DNA from: Gammaproteobacteria bacterium
Lineage (GTDB): Bacteria; Pseudomonadota; Gammaproteobacteria; JBCCGL01
Length of the DNA stretch: 64,000 nucleotides
NCBI GenBank assembly: GCA_965277715.1
Contig: OZ255836.1
Span: 4,202,767-4,266,766, forward strand
Direction: 5' to 3'
The position numbers and the translations under genes were made by a program. Of this stretch, positions 1 through 9,888 are shown piece after piece; the first letter of the stretch is position 1; each line of letters starts with the position of its first letter. The notes beneath the pieces are model-generated. The model made no database searches. It saw only the letters and a program-made list of their open reading frames with translations, and was not told the origin of the DNA.

Positions 1-44
1 GTATTTTCAGGCGAATGAAAGAGTGGTTCCAATCCAATTTTTGA
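1..44 (+). CDS. ftsA: ftsA, 3' end only (gene starts upstream of window)
   Basis: Frame 3 reads IFRRMKEWFQSNF-stop (stop 42-44), like the C-terminal amphipathic membrane helix of FtsA. It lies directly upstream of ftsZ, as in dcw clusters. Confidence 0.5.
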   Translation, partial: IFRRMKEWFQSNF

Positions 45-137
45 TGTGTTTTTGGTTTAAACGAGCCGGGTCGAAATTGAATCGACGCGATGTAACAGTG
101 GTTAACAATTTTTGAGACATTTTAGGGGAGAAAACCT

Positions 138-1307
138 ATGTTTGAATTGATGGAAGGCGCACCGCAGAATGCAGTAATAAAACTGATCGGTGTCGGTGGC
201 GGTGGCGGCAATGCGGTGGCGCATATGGTGCGTTCCAGCATCGATGGGGTCGAGTTTATCTGTGCCAACACCGACGCGCAGGCGCTGAAAAGCATACCGG
301 CCAAGGTATCACTGCAAATCGGTGGCAACATCACCAAGGGCCTGGGTGCCGGTGCCAATCCAGACGTTGGTCGGCAGGCGGCACTGGAGGATCGCGAGCG
401 AATCCAACAGACCATCGAAGGCACCGACATGCTGTTTATTACAGCGGGCATGGGCGGGGGCACGGGGACAGGTGCTGTACCGGTGGTGGCACAGATTGCC
501 CGCGATATGGGCATCCTGACCGTTGCCGTGGTGACCAAACCGTTTCCGTTTGAAGGCGCCAAGCGTATGCAACTCGCCGAGGCGGGCCTGCGCGAGCTAA
601 GCCAGCACGTCGATTCATTGATCACCATCCCCAACGAAAAACTGCTGTCCGTACTCGGTAAAAACGTGACTCTGCTGGATGCCTTTAGCGCCGCAAATGA
701 TATTTTACGCGGTGCCGTGCAGGGGATTGCCGAGTTGATTACCTGCCCGGGTTTAATCAACGTCGACTTTGCCGACGTGCGTACCGTCATGGCTGAAATG
801 GGCATGGCGATGATGGGCACAGGCATTGGCAGCGGTGAACAGCGTGCCACCGAGGCAGCCGAGGCGGCGGTTTCCAGCCCACTGCTGGAAAACGTCAACC
901 TGGCGGGGGCCAAGGGTATTCTGGTTAACGTCACCTGCGGGCTGGACATGGCCATCGGTGAGTTTGAAGACGTTGGCAATGCCATCAAAACCTTCGCCTC
1001 TGACGATGCCACGGTAGTGGTCGGCACCGTTATCGACCCCGAATTGCAGGGTGAAATGCGGGTGACCGTAGTGGCTACCGGGCTGGGACAACTGGAAAGT
1101 GCCAGCGTGCCCAAAATCCGCTCGGTCTACCCACCGCGCAACGACGGCAAAGTCGACTACGAACGTTTGGATAAACCCACAGTGATCCGCAATAAACCCA
1201 TCGCAACCGACAGAACAGACACGCTGTCCCGGGTGGCGGCTGTTGCGGGTGAAGGCGAGCTGGACTACCTGGATATTCCGGCGTTTTTAAGAAAACAGGC
1301 GGATTAG
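138..1307 (+). CDS. ftsZ: Cell division GTPase FtsZ
   Basis: 389-aa ORF with the tubulin signature GVGGGGGNAV and the conserved C-terminal peptide DIPAFLRKQ. A GGGGAG ribosome-binding site lies upstream of the ATG. Confidence 0.97.
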   Translation: MFELMEGAPQNAVIKLIGVGGGGGNAVAHMVRSSIDGVEFICANTDAQALKSIPAKVSLQIGGNITKGLGAGANPDVGRQAALEDRERIQQTIEGTDMLFITAGMGGGTGTGAVPVVAQIARDMGILTVAVVTKPFPFEGAKRMQLAEAGLRELSQHVDSLITIPNEKLLSVLGKNVTLLDAFSAANDILRGAVQGIAELITCPGLINVDFADVRTVMAEMGMAMMGTGIGSGEQRATEAAEAAVSSPLLENVNLAGAKGILVNVTCGLDMAIGEFEDVGNAIKTFASDDATVVVGTVIDPELQGEMRVTVVATGLGQLESASVPKIRSVYPPRNDGKVDYERLDKPTVIRNKPIATDRTDTLSRVAAVAGEGELDYLDIPAFLRKQAD

Positions 1308-1467
1308 TCTATATATCCATATGATTATTATTAGGCTGCTTCCAGGATAATTACAGGTATGTCAGTTTGGCTGTTTTCGTTTATCGTCGTGATGTATTAT
1401 TGCCGCCCATCTTATATGGCACATCAGTACGTTGCGCATCGACCAGATGCAAGGGCAAAAAAATAAC

Positions 1468-2382
1468 ATGATTAAGCAACGGACCCTCAAAAACACTATT
1501 CGGGCGACCGGCGTCGGCTTGCATACGGGTAAAAAAGTCTACCTGACCTTGCGCCCCGCTGATATAGACACCGGTATTGTCTTTCGTCGGGTCGACTTTG
1601 ACACCCCAGTGGTTATTCCCAGCCACCCTATGAACGTGGAAAACACCGAACTTGCCACCTCGCTGGGCAAGAATGGTGTGAGAATCTCCACCGTCGAGCA
1701 CCTGATGGCTGCACTGGCGGGGCTGGGCATCGACAACGCCTACGTCGATTTGAGCGCTGACGAAGTACCGATTATGGATGGCAGTTCCGGGCCGTTTGTG
1801 TTTCTGGTGCAGTCGGCGGGTATCGAAGAACAGAATGCGCCGAAAAAATTCATCCGTATAAAAAAGCCCATACAGGCTGAGAGTGATGACAAATGGGTAC
1901 GCTTCGATCCCTTTGATGGTTTTAAGGTGAGTTTTACCATTGAGTTTGACCACCCCATGTTCAACAACCTCAGCCAGCAGGCCGAGGTGGATTTTTCCAC
2001 CACATCCTTTGTTAAAGAAATCAGCCGGGCGCGTACCTTTGGTTTTATGCGTGATATTGAAGCCTTGCGCCGCCGTGATCTGGCGTTGGGGGGTAGTCTG
2101 GATAACGCCATTGTGGTTGATGATTACCGGGTGCTCAACGAAGACGGTTTGCGCTATGGCGATGAGTTTGTCCGGCACAAAATCCTCGATGCGATTGGCG
2201 ATTTATACTTGCTGGGGCATACATTGATCGGGGCTTTTTCCGGGTATAAATCCGGGCATGCGTTGAATAATCAATTACTGCGGGCGTTGCTTGAGGATGA
2301 GACTGCCTGGGAGCAGGTGACGTTTGACGATGCCAGGGATGCGCCTATTTCTTATGTTCAGCCTATTGAGTCGATTGCTTAG
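1468..2382 (+). CDS. lpxC: UDP-3-O-acyl-N-acetylglucosamine deacetylase LpxC
   Basis: Collinear with E. coli LpxC from memory (MIKQRTLK..., [26 protein letters not shown]). The ORF track starts at an upstream in-frame ATG (1432); the MIKQ start at 1468 is preferred. Confidence 0.95.
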   Translation: MIKQRTLKNTIRATGVGLHTGKKVYLTLRPADIDTGIVFRRVDFDTPVVIPSHPMNVENTELATSLGKNGVRISTVEHLMAALAGLGIDNAYVDLSADEVPIMDGSSGPFVFLVQSAGIEEQNAPKKFIRIKKPIQAESDDKWVRFDPFDGFKVSFTIEFDHPMFNNLSQQAEVDFSTTSFVKEISRARTFGFMRDIEALRRRDLALGGSLDNAIVVDDYRVLNEDGLRYGDEFVRHKILDAIGDLYLLGHTLIGAFSGYKSGHALNNQLLRALLEDETAWEQVTFDDARDAPISYVQPIESIA

Positions 2383-2603
2383 CGCCGGGTGCCCCAATTG
2401 GCGCTAAATTCTGCAAGGGGCTTTACGTGTTTGTGTTTGCCCCAGGGCGCGGGGTTATCGTTGCAGGGGAGGTAAGCTGATCAAGATGGTGGTAATACAG
2501 GGTTGATTGTTCTATTCGCTGCGCTGCTTGTTTTCCATGAATTTTCTTACATCACCATTATCAACAAGGTAATAGACCTCTTCCACCGGCAGCGTTACAT
2601 CAT

Positions 2604-2701
2604 CCTAAATTCCTCAGTTGAACCTACTGCGACCACCTAATGCACTGAATCTAATTCAGCACCTTAGACGCCCTCGCTACGATTCAACTGCGGAATTTAG
2701 G
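2604..2701. repeat. Family-A palindromic dispersed element, full 98-bp copy
   Basis: Arms CCTAAATTCCTCAGTTGAA ... TTCAACTGCGGAATTTAGG are inverted complements, with an inner hairpin CTGAAT-cta-ATTCAG. A second full copy lies at 33281-33455 and arm fragments at 22313-22335. Confidence 0.8.
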
Positions 2702-3029
2702 TTAAAGCGTTTTGTGCAAGGGCTTGAGAAGGGGAGTGGTTTGGCGGGCAGCCTGCTTAAACAAGTGGATCAAGGGCGGCGGATTGCCACAGAGTTAAGC
2801 GGGTATTTTGAGCCGGTTGCCCGGTGGTTTGGGGTCGCAGATGAGTGCGGTACAGGCCGTGAGAATATCCTGCTAATCAAGATAGACGCACGCCAACTGT
2901 TTTTGTGGAAAACAGGCTGACGCCGATTGCTGGTAGCATGGGCGTGTGTTTTGAGTTCACATAATCGGATGGCCGAGGAATGCGTTATACACAGTGTGTT
3001 TGCCATACTGTTTCTGATAACCGTGCAGC

Positions 3030-3995
3030 CTATCCGCTTTGGCTGAACTGCCGGTTAAATTTCTCGATAAAATGCTCTATATCCTGTGTTGGCAGGTGGT
3101 TAATGCCCGCTGCCGCTTTACGGCCCCCGCCTGTTTCAAATTGCATACACAAAGTATCCGCGCCGTGCTTACGGTTGAGCGGGGCGCGTACACTCACCAG
3201 ATAACCACCCGCTGGCAGTATATTTAATAATGCGTGCGCCCGGTCGGGGTGTGCACGTGCCAATTCGTTGGCGTATACGCCACTGATTCGGCGGGACCAT
3301 TTTTCCTCTGGCAGTACCAGTATCAACCCGCAATCGTTCGCCTGTACAGGTGCCAGTTGTCTGGCGTTGTCAATATCACCCGCATAACCGTCACGCAGGG
3401 TAATAAAGGCGGTATCACTGCTGATAAAGTCAAAGGGGTTGGGGTAATGGTGTATTGTCTTGTACAGCGTTTCAGGGTCAAAAAACAGGTCGTCGATATG
3501 TGCGCCGTAACCGTTGTAATTGATTAATGTGCCTAGTTGTTCGAGTGCATCGATCTGGGGTTTGGATAAACCGAGTGGCTTTGCGGCGGCCTGTGCACTG
3601 GCGTGTAAATTGTCGCCAAATGCCGCGACGACAGCCCAGGGTAGGTGAGCGCCGTTTAGGTAGGCGTTGACCAGCAGGCTGGTGCAGGTGTTGGCTGCGG
3701 TGTCAATATGTGCGTCAAGTTGCCTGTGGCTGGGCACTTCCCCAGCAAAGTGATGATCGAAATATTGCACAGGCACGTTTGCATCGAGCAATGCCTGTAC
3801 GCCTGCGCGGTTTTTGTCGAAAGAAATATCCAGCACGGTGGCTGAGCTGACCTGTTGTGGATCGACTTTTTTCAGCAGCCCAATGTCGCGTTTGACGCCG
3901 CTTACCAATGTGCTGTCGATAGGGTGGTTCAGGCGCAACTGCTGCAGTGCGCAAATACCATCGGCGTCGCCATTAAAAAAATCGTAGTGAGGCAT
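3030..3995 (-). CDS. DHH/DHHA1-family phosphoesterase
   Basis: 321-aa ORF with FNGDADG near the N-terminus, FDHH, and a C-terminal GGGRKAAAG (DHHA1-like GGGH region). Confidence 0.7.
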   Translation of the reverse strand: MPHYDFFNGDADGICALQQLRLNHPIDSTLVSGVKRDIGLLKKVDPQQVSSATVLDISFDKNRAGVQALLDANVPVQYFDHHFAGEVPSHRQLDAHIDTAANTCTSLLVNAYLNGAHLPWAVVAAFGDNLHASAQAAAKPLGLSKPQIDALEQLGTLINYNGYGAHIDDLFFDPETLYKTIHHYPNPFDFISSDTAFITLRDGYAGDIDNARQLAPVQANDCGLILVLPEEKWSRRISGVYANELARAHPDRAHALLNILPAGGYLVSVRAPLNRKHGADTLCMQFETGGGRKAAAGINHLPTQDIEHFIEKFNRQFSQSG

Positions 3996-3998
3996 GGT

Positions 3999-5033
3999 TT
4001 AGGTCTTTTTTATATTGGTTTTGTTTAATGCGTTAACACAATCGCCAATCAGACTGGGGCCGTTATAGATTAAGCCAGAGTAGATTTGTACCAATTGGGC
4101 GCCCGCGTTAATTTTCTCCCGTGCATCGTCACCACACATAATGCCCCCTGCGGCAATAATAGGAATGTCGCTCTGCAAGCGATTGGCGAGTTGGCGCATA
4201 ATCGCGGTCGATTGGGTGGTTAAGGGCGCGCCGCTAAGCCCGCCGGTTTCACTGGCATGGCGCGAGGCGGCAATGCCATCGCGGGCGTTAGTGGTATTGG
4301 TGGCAATAACAGCATCGATGCAGTGATGGCGAAGGGCATCGGCAAGGGTGTCGACTTCCTGTGGCTGTAAATCAGGGGCTATTTTGATTGCCAGTGGCAC
4401 GTATTTCTGGTGTTTGTCGGCCAGTGATTGTTGCGCTGATTTTAGTGTACTAAATAACGATTCCAGTGCCTCACCATGCTGCAGTGCCCGTAGCCCTGGC
4501 GTGTTTGGCGAGGAGATGTTGACGGTGATGTAGCTGGCGTAAGGGTAAACGGCGCGCAGGCAGATCAGGTAATCGTCGCTGGCATTTTCGATGGGGGTAT
4601 CGCGGTTTTTACCGATATTGATGCCCAATACACCCTTAAATTCTGCCGCCTGAACCCGCTTTACCAGGTGGTCTACTCCGGCGTTGTTGAACCCCATGCG
4701 GTTGATAATGGCGTGTTGCTCGGGGAGACGGAAAATACGCGGTTTTGGGTTACCGGGTTGGGCGCGTGGGGTCACTGTGCCTATTTCGATAAAACCAAAG
4801 CCCAGATTGGCCAGGCCGTGGATGCATTCGCCATTTTTATCCAGCCCGGCGCATAATCCTACCGGGTTGGGAAACGGGATGCCCATTACCTCGATGGGGT
4901 GTGGGGGTACCCGGCTTTTCAGGCAGTGCGCCAGTGGGCCGCGATTGAGCTGCTTTAGCGCGGTTAAGGTGAGGTCGTGTGCCGTTTCCGCATCGAGGGA
5001 AAACAGCGCTTTGCGCAATAGCGAATACAACAT
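3999..5033 (-). CDS. pyrD: Dihydroorotate dehydrogenase (quinone), class 2
   Basis: 344-aa ORF collinear with E. coli PyrD from memory ([11 protein letters not shown]-like, [39 protein letters not shown]). Confidence 0.95.
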   Translation of the reverse strand: MLYSLLRKALFSLDAETAHDLTLTALKQLNRGPLAHCLKSRVPPHPIEVMGIPFPNPVGLCAGLDKNGECIHGLANLGFGFIEIGTVTPRAQPGNPKPRIFRLPEQHAIINRMGFNNAGVDHLVKRVQAAEFKGVLGINIGKNRDTPIENASDDYLICLRAVYPYASYITVNISSPNTPGLRALQHGEALESLFSTLKSAQQSLADKHQKYVPLAIKIAPDLQPQEVDTLADALRHHCIDAVIATNTTNARDGIAASRHASETGGLSGAPLTTQSTAIMRQLANRLQSDIPIIAAGGIMCGDDAREKINAGAQLVQIYSGLIYNGPSLIGDCVNALNKTNIKKT

Positions 5034-5593
5034 TAAAGACCTTCGCTATTGTTGTCGGTATCGTCCAGGGTATTTAGCGCATAGCGCAGGATGATGTAGT
5101 CGCGGTGATCCCAGATAAGGGCGACCGACCACTCACCGCGCTGCCAGCGGATATGCGCAAACCCTTTGCCGGCGTTGATCGCGTTTAACCGCGAGCTGCG
5201 CGATGTGGCGTAGTCGGGAAACTGCCCCAATGTCTCGCCCTGCCCATAGAGGCGGATCAGCTTGGCTTTCCAGTGGGTGAAATTGAGCCAGCTCCCCGGC
5301 GCTTCCCGCCGTGCTACTGCGCTGATTTGGTTATTGTGTGTACTCAGCTCCAGGTGTTTTTTTTCATCGCGCACCCGGTAGACCACGGTGCCGTTTTGCG
5401 CGCTGATCTGTTCGGCGCTAATGGACAGTGAACCGGGTGTCGCGCCGAGGCAGTAACGGTTAAATACCTGTTTTACACACGCTTGAGCGAGTGTGCTCGG
5501 GCTTAAAAATACTGTCGGCAACGTTAACACCAGCAAAACGGAAAAGCGTACAATTCGCGTTTTTAATGGTGTGATCTTGGTGGGTGAAGTCAT
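5033..5593 (-). CDS. Hypothetical secreted protein
   Basis: ORF 5033-5674. The probable start MTSPTK (5593) gives a signal-peptide-like N-terminus ending LSPSTLAQA. No family recognised. The stop overlaps the pyrD start codon. Confidence 0.5.
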   Translation of the reverse strand: MTSPTKITPLKTRIVRFSVLLVLTLPTVFLSPSTLAQACVKQVFNRYCLGATPGSLSISAEQISAQNGTVVYRVRDEKKHLELSTHNNQISAVARREAPGSWLNFTHWKAKLIRLYGQGETLGQFPDYATSRSSRLNAINAGKGFAHIRWQRGEWSVALIWDHRDYIILRYALNTLDDTDNNSEGL

Positions 5594-5678
5594 AAGGGGA
5601 ATTCTCCAGTACACGGATAGATTGCGCAAGCCACCTGTTGTAGATTGTTTTATTTCCACACGCTGATTAAGCATTTAT

Positions 5679-6725
5679 ATGAGATTGTACCCGGATAAGC
5701 TCGATAGCCACCTGGCCCGGCACCTACAGCCGGTTTACTTCATCAGCGGTGATGAACCGCTACAAATGGTGGAGTGTGCGGATCGTATTCGCCAGCGTGC
5801 ACGCGCTTTGGGGTATGACACCCGCGAGGTATTTGTCGCCGATACCGAATTCGATTGGAATCACTTACTAACGGCTTCAAATAGCCTGTCGCTGTTCGCC
5901 GAACAGCGCATACTGGAGTTGCGTCTGGACAGTGGCAAGCCGGGGCGTGAGGGAGGGAAAGCCCTGAAGGCGTATGCCGAGCGCCCGGTAGACGATGCGA
6001 TTTTGTTGGTGATGAGTGGCAAAGTTGATAAGTCCGGTCAGTCGAGTGCTTGGTATAAAGCCATCGATAAGGTGGGTATCACTCTTCAGGTGTGGCCGGT
6101 TTCGCCACAGGATCTACCGAATTGGGTTGTTCAACGTATGCGCGCCAGGGGGTTGCGCCCTACGCGGGATGCCGCCACGTTGATCGCTGATCGCGTCGAG
6201 GGCAATATGCTGGCGGCACAGCAGGAAATCGATAAACTTGCCCTGCTGTTCGCCGACAGTGAAATTAATATCCAGGAAGTGCTGACGGTAGTGGCCGACA
6301 GCGCACGCTATCAAACCTTTGACTTAGCCGATGCCGCATTGCTCGGCAACGCTAAACGCGTGGTGGCGATTCTCGATGGTCTGCGCAGTGAGGGTATCGA
6401 CCCGGTTCCGGTGTTGATTGCGTTAACCATGCAGGTGCGCAGCGCAGCGCAGATTGCCCTGGCGAAAGCACGCGGCAGTTCAACCGCTGAGGCGATGCGT
6501 GAAGCACGTATCTGGCAAAACCGGCAGGGTATTTTTCAACAGGCGCTGAATCGTCACGATGCATTGTCGTGGAATCGTATGTTGTTGCGTTGTGCGGAGC
6601 TGGAATTGGCGTGTAAAGGATTTACCCGACGAGGTAATCTATGGGATGAGTTGTTGGAGTTAGCGCTTTTTATCGCGGGAAAAATAGCGCTCCAGCGTAT
6701 GGGGTTTTCGCGTAATGCGGGTTAA
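5679..6725 (+). CDS. holA: DNA polymerase III delta subunit
   Basis: 348-aa ORF. The N-terminus MRLYPDKLDSHL...YFISGDEPLQ resembles E. coli HolA (MIRLYPEQL...LLLGNDPLL), and the length fits. Confidence 0.85.
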   Translation: MRLYPDKLDSHLARHLQPVYFISGDEPLQMVECADRIRQRARALGYDTREVFVADTEFDWNHLLTASNSLSLFAEQRILELRLDSGKPGREGGKALKAYAERPVDDAILLVMSGKVDKSGQSSAWYKAIDKVGITLQVWPVSPQDLPNWVVQRMRARGLRPTRDAATLIADRVEGNMLAAQQEIDKLALLFADSEINIQEVLTVVADSARYQTFDLADAALLGNAKRVVAILDGLRSEGIDPVPVLIALTMQVRSAAQIALAKARGSSTAEAMREARIWQNRQGIFQQALNRHDALSWNRMLLRCAELELACKGFTRRGNLWDELLELALFIAGKIALQRMGFSRNAG

Positions 6726-6864
6726 AGTCGGCGCTATTTTTTAATCGCTTCTTATGTAGTGGATCTGGATATACTACGACACTGGATTTTTAGGATAAAA
6801 AAATATACTTTATAAATTCAAAAAGATACTTACACATTCAATTAGGAACAATCGGAGCAATACA

Positions 6865-7890
6865 ATGAAAAAAGCTTATATACCCCTTCTTCTGGCATCC
6901 AGTTTTGGTTTTCTCTCATCTTGTGGCGGTGGTGGCGGCGGCGGAAGTGGTGCTGGTGGTGTTCCACTTCCAGTTATACCCAACACACAAGTCACCATTG
7001 CCAATAGTAATGCTGATGTCACCACAGCGACCAGTTATGATGCCAGTACTGGATTAAATTCACCTTCACAAAGTGCTACTAATACTCTGGTTGGGGCAGT
7101 AACAACGACCCCTGACGTTGACTTATCACCGATTATGCTCACCCGTGACCAGCTTTTGCTTGCACGCAGTTTGTTTACGTCTAACTCAGGGTCTGGTGTT
7201 GTAGGGATTGTTACCAGCAATGCGATGAGTTGTGGCGGTGGTGGCTCTTTTGTCTTTACTTTGAATGATGCAGACAGTAATGGGCAATTGGGCACTGGTG
7301 ATACAGTAAGCATTACGTATTTTAATTGTGTTGAACCTGGTATTGCGTTGAATGGCGGTATAAGTCTTACCAATATAGCTACCACAGGTACCCCAACTAT
7401 GGTTCCTTATTCAATTAGTGTTTCTGCGGTATATAGTAATTTTCAAGCAGCTGCAGGTAATATTATTACCATACTGGATGGTGATATTACGGCTTCGGTA
7501 GCAAATACTGATGGTGTCAATTTGAATACGCAAGCTTCGGGTAACAGCTTATTAGCAGTAGGTAGTGGGCGGACTGATCGCCTGATAAATTTTGCTTTTT
7601 CATCTACCCAGACTGTTGCTACAGGTGCTTACACAACGACTGTCAACGCAACGGTTGACAACAATACTCAGGGAGGGCGTACAGTTTTTACTACAGTGAC
7701 TGCTTTTCAAGGAACCAGCGCCAGTGCCGATCCATTTGTTGGTGAAGCACTGATTACCGGAGCGGGTGGCAGCAGTATTCGCATGATTATGCTAGATGCC
7801 AGAACTGTGCGTTTGCAAATTGATGAGAATGGGGATAGTGCGGTAGATATAACCCGCGATACTACCTGGTCTGCATTGAACTTACTGTGA
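6865..7890 (+). CDS. Hypothetical lipoprotein with poly-Gly linker
   Basis: 341-aa ORF with lipobox LSSC followed by GGGGGGGSGAGG. It is Thr/Ser/Asn-rich. No family recognised. Confidence 0.7.
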   Translation: MKKAYIPLLLASSFGFLSSCGGGGGGGSGAGGVPLPVIPNTQVTIANSNADVTTATSYDASTGLNSPSQSATNTLVGAVTTTPDVDLSPIMLTRDQLLLARSLFTSNSGSGVVGIVTSNAMSCGGGGSFVFTLNDADSNGQLGTGDTVSITYFNCVEPGIALNGGISLTNIATTGTPTMVPYSISVSAVYSNFQAAAGNIITILDGDITASVANTDGVNLNTQASGNSLLAVGSGRTDRLINFAFSSTQTVATGAYTTTVNATVDNNTQGGRTVFTTVTAFQGTSASADPFVGEALITGAGGSSIRMIMLDARTVRLQIDENGDSAVDITRDTTWSALNLL

Positions 7891-8783
7891 CACCGCTTCC
7901 CAGGCAGCCAGCGTGGCAGGTATTGCCGTGCTGGCTGGCTGCTTGTATAACCAACAGGTTTACCAGGCAGTTAGCTGGTTTGTGTTTTATAGGTCTTTTG
8001 TCAGGCTTGCCGCTGCCTACTTTAGCAGATAGCTGGCAAACCGCATTAGGTGTAACTGCCATGCGTTTTACATTTGATGAGACCGACATGAACGGTAATC
8101 GATTAGTCAGAGAGCGTGGGACAGTTCCTGGTCTCACAATTTCCAGTCACTATCAGACAGGCGACTGGGGGCTTTTACTAGATGCCAGTGTCTATTCTGG
8201 TGAGGTAGGCTACGATGGACAAACACAGGCGGGGCAAGCATTTTTGTCCGAGACAGATGAGGTGCTTTACACGCTGAGATTCGCTGCTCTGTATCACTTA
8301 CACCGTTACCAATCGCTGCCATTATCTATCTATTCCCGCTTTGCTGTGGGCGCCCACTGGTGGGAAAGAACTATTCAGGGGCGAGGTAGTGTGACAGGGC
8401 TTGATGAGGTGTATCAATGGCAGACTGTGTACGCTGGTATAGTGTTAGATTACGCTTTTGCTGACCAAAGTCTCCTTACTGTAAATACAGGTGTTACACG
8501 AAGCATTAACCCGAAGGTAAAGGTTGATTTCGGCGGTCAGTTTGATCGCATTACCCTCGATTTAGAGCCCGATTATGGGCTGCGTATGGAAATATCGTGG
8601 GTGAAGCCGGTTGCTGAAAATTTGGCTATTAATGTGGGTGCTTTTTTCGAGGCGTGGGATTTTGGTGCAAGCGATAGGGAGGTGCTCAGAGTGAATGGTT
8701 CGCCTGCCGGTTTTGTATTTCAGCCAGCGTCTGAGGCACAGCAGGTAGGGGCTTTCTTCTCTGTTGGGCACCTTTGGCAGTAA
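7887..8783 (+). CDS. Hypothetical outer-membrane beta-barrel-like protein
   Basis: 298-aa ORF whose GTG start overlaps the lipoprotein stop (GTGA). It has a signal-like segment ...GLPLPTLA followed by alternating aromatic/hydrophilic strands. The exact start is uncertain. Confidence 0.55.
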   Translation: MTPLPRQPAWQVLPCWLAACITNRFTRQLAGLCFIGLLSGLPLPTLADSWQTALGVTAMRFTFDETDMNGNRLVRERGTVPGLTISSHYQTGDWGLLLDASVYSGEVGYDGQTQAGQAFLSETDEVLYTLRFAALYHLHRYQSLPLSIYSRFAVGAHWWERTIQGRGSVTGLDEVYQWQTVYAGIVLDYAFADQSLLTVNTGVTRSINPKVKVDFGGQFDRITLDLEPDYGLRMEISWVKPVAENLAINVGAFFEAWDFGASDREVLRVNGSPAGFVFQPASEAQQVGAFFSVGHLWQ

Positions 8784-8971
8784 CTTATCGTAGATGTAGG
8801 CAAAGTGATATAGGGTGAATCTAAATGGGCTTGTATAGAATCTAAAGAGTCCTCTTCGTATTAAAGGTAGATATTTGTAGTAAACGTTTTTATGCTTGCC
8901 GACGCCCGGTAACATGGCGTATTACCCCATGCCCGCTACCAAACAAACGTAAAAAATAGAGACAATGAAAC

Positions 8972-9790
8972 GTGGCCTCTGCAGTAAACAACCTGAGCAT
9001 CGAAGAAAATTACATCGAAGACGAACCGTATTACGCCGCCAATGGTGATGAGGTCACAGTATTCGAGGCCGCTTATAACAATCACTTGCCGGTTTTGTTA
9101 AAAGGCCCGACCGGTTGTGGTAAAACGCGCTTTATGGAGTATATGGCCTGGCGCCTTAAACGGCCATTGATCACTGTCTCCTGTCACGATGATTTAACCG
9201 CCTCCGATTTGGTGGGGCGTTATCTGATTAAAGGCGGGGAGACAGTCTGGATCGATGGGCCGCTGACACACGCCGTGCGGGCGGGCGGTATTTGCTACCT
9301 TGATGAAGTGGTCGAGGCGCGCAAAGATACGATGGTGGTTATCCATCCGCTCGGCGATGACCGCCGCGTATTACCAGTGGAAAAACGGGGTATTCTACTG
9401 CCCGCACCGCCTGAGTTTTGCCTGGCTATCTCCTACAACCCCGGTTATCAAAGTGTATTGAAAGATCTGAAACAAAGCACGCGGCAACGCTTTGTCGCCC
9501 TGGCGTTTGACTACCCGGATGCCGCCCTGGAGTCACGCATTGTCTGCAAAGAGTCGGGGGTCGATGAAAATACCGCCGGGCGTTTAGTGCAGTTTGCCGG
9601 GATGACGCGCAACCTTAAGGGCAGTGGCCTGGATGAGGGGGCCAGTACGCGCCTGCTGGTGCACGCGGCTAAGCTTATTGCCAGCGGCGTCCCGCCGGTA
9701 GTCGCCTGCCAGGGTGCGATCACTCAGGCCCTGAGTGACGATGGCGAGATGATTGCAGCGGTCAACGAGCTGTCGTCATCGCTATTCTAG
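8972..9790 (+). CDS. CbbQ/NorQ/NirQ-type MoxR-class AAA+ ATPase
   Basis: 272-aa ORF with Walker A GPTGCGKT and Walker B CYLDEV. Size and sequence are typical of the CbbQ/NorQ family. Confidence 0.85.
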   Translation: MASAVNNLSIEENYIEDEPYYAANGDEVTVFEAAYNNHLPVLLKGPTGCGKTRFMEYMAWRLKRPLITVSCHDDLTASDLVGRYLIKGGETVWIDGPLTHAVRAGGICYLDEVVEARKDTMVVIHPLGDDRRVLPVEKRGILLPAPPEFCLAISYNPGYQSVLKDLKQSTRQRFVALAFDYPDAALESRIVCKESGVDENTAGRLVQFAGMTRNLKGSGLDEGASTRLLVHAAKLIASGVPPVVACQGAITQALSDDGEMIAAVNELSSSLF

Positions 9791-9888
9791 ACCGCGCATC
9801 GCTGGCGGCAGGCGATATTGAGGCGCGCCTGGACGCCTGCCTGGACGTTGAGTTTTCATTTTGCAACACCGCCATTCCCGCCATAGAG

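Noticed and set aside
122-1114. 330-aa ORF antisense to ftsZ
   Set aside because: It lies entirely inside and opposite a confidently identified ftsZ. It is Ser/Pro/Ala/Thr-rich shadow-frame sequence typical of the antisense strand of GC-biased genes.
2618-2920. 100-aa ORF downstream of lpxC
   Set aside because: Its first ~28 codons lie inside the family-A repeat, there is no RBS, and no family is recognised. A faint resemblance to DUF721/DciA-like proteins could not be sustained because the frame ends early. It needs a profile search before being called.
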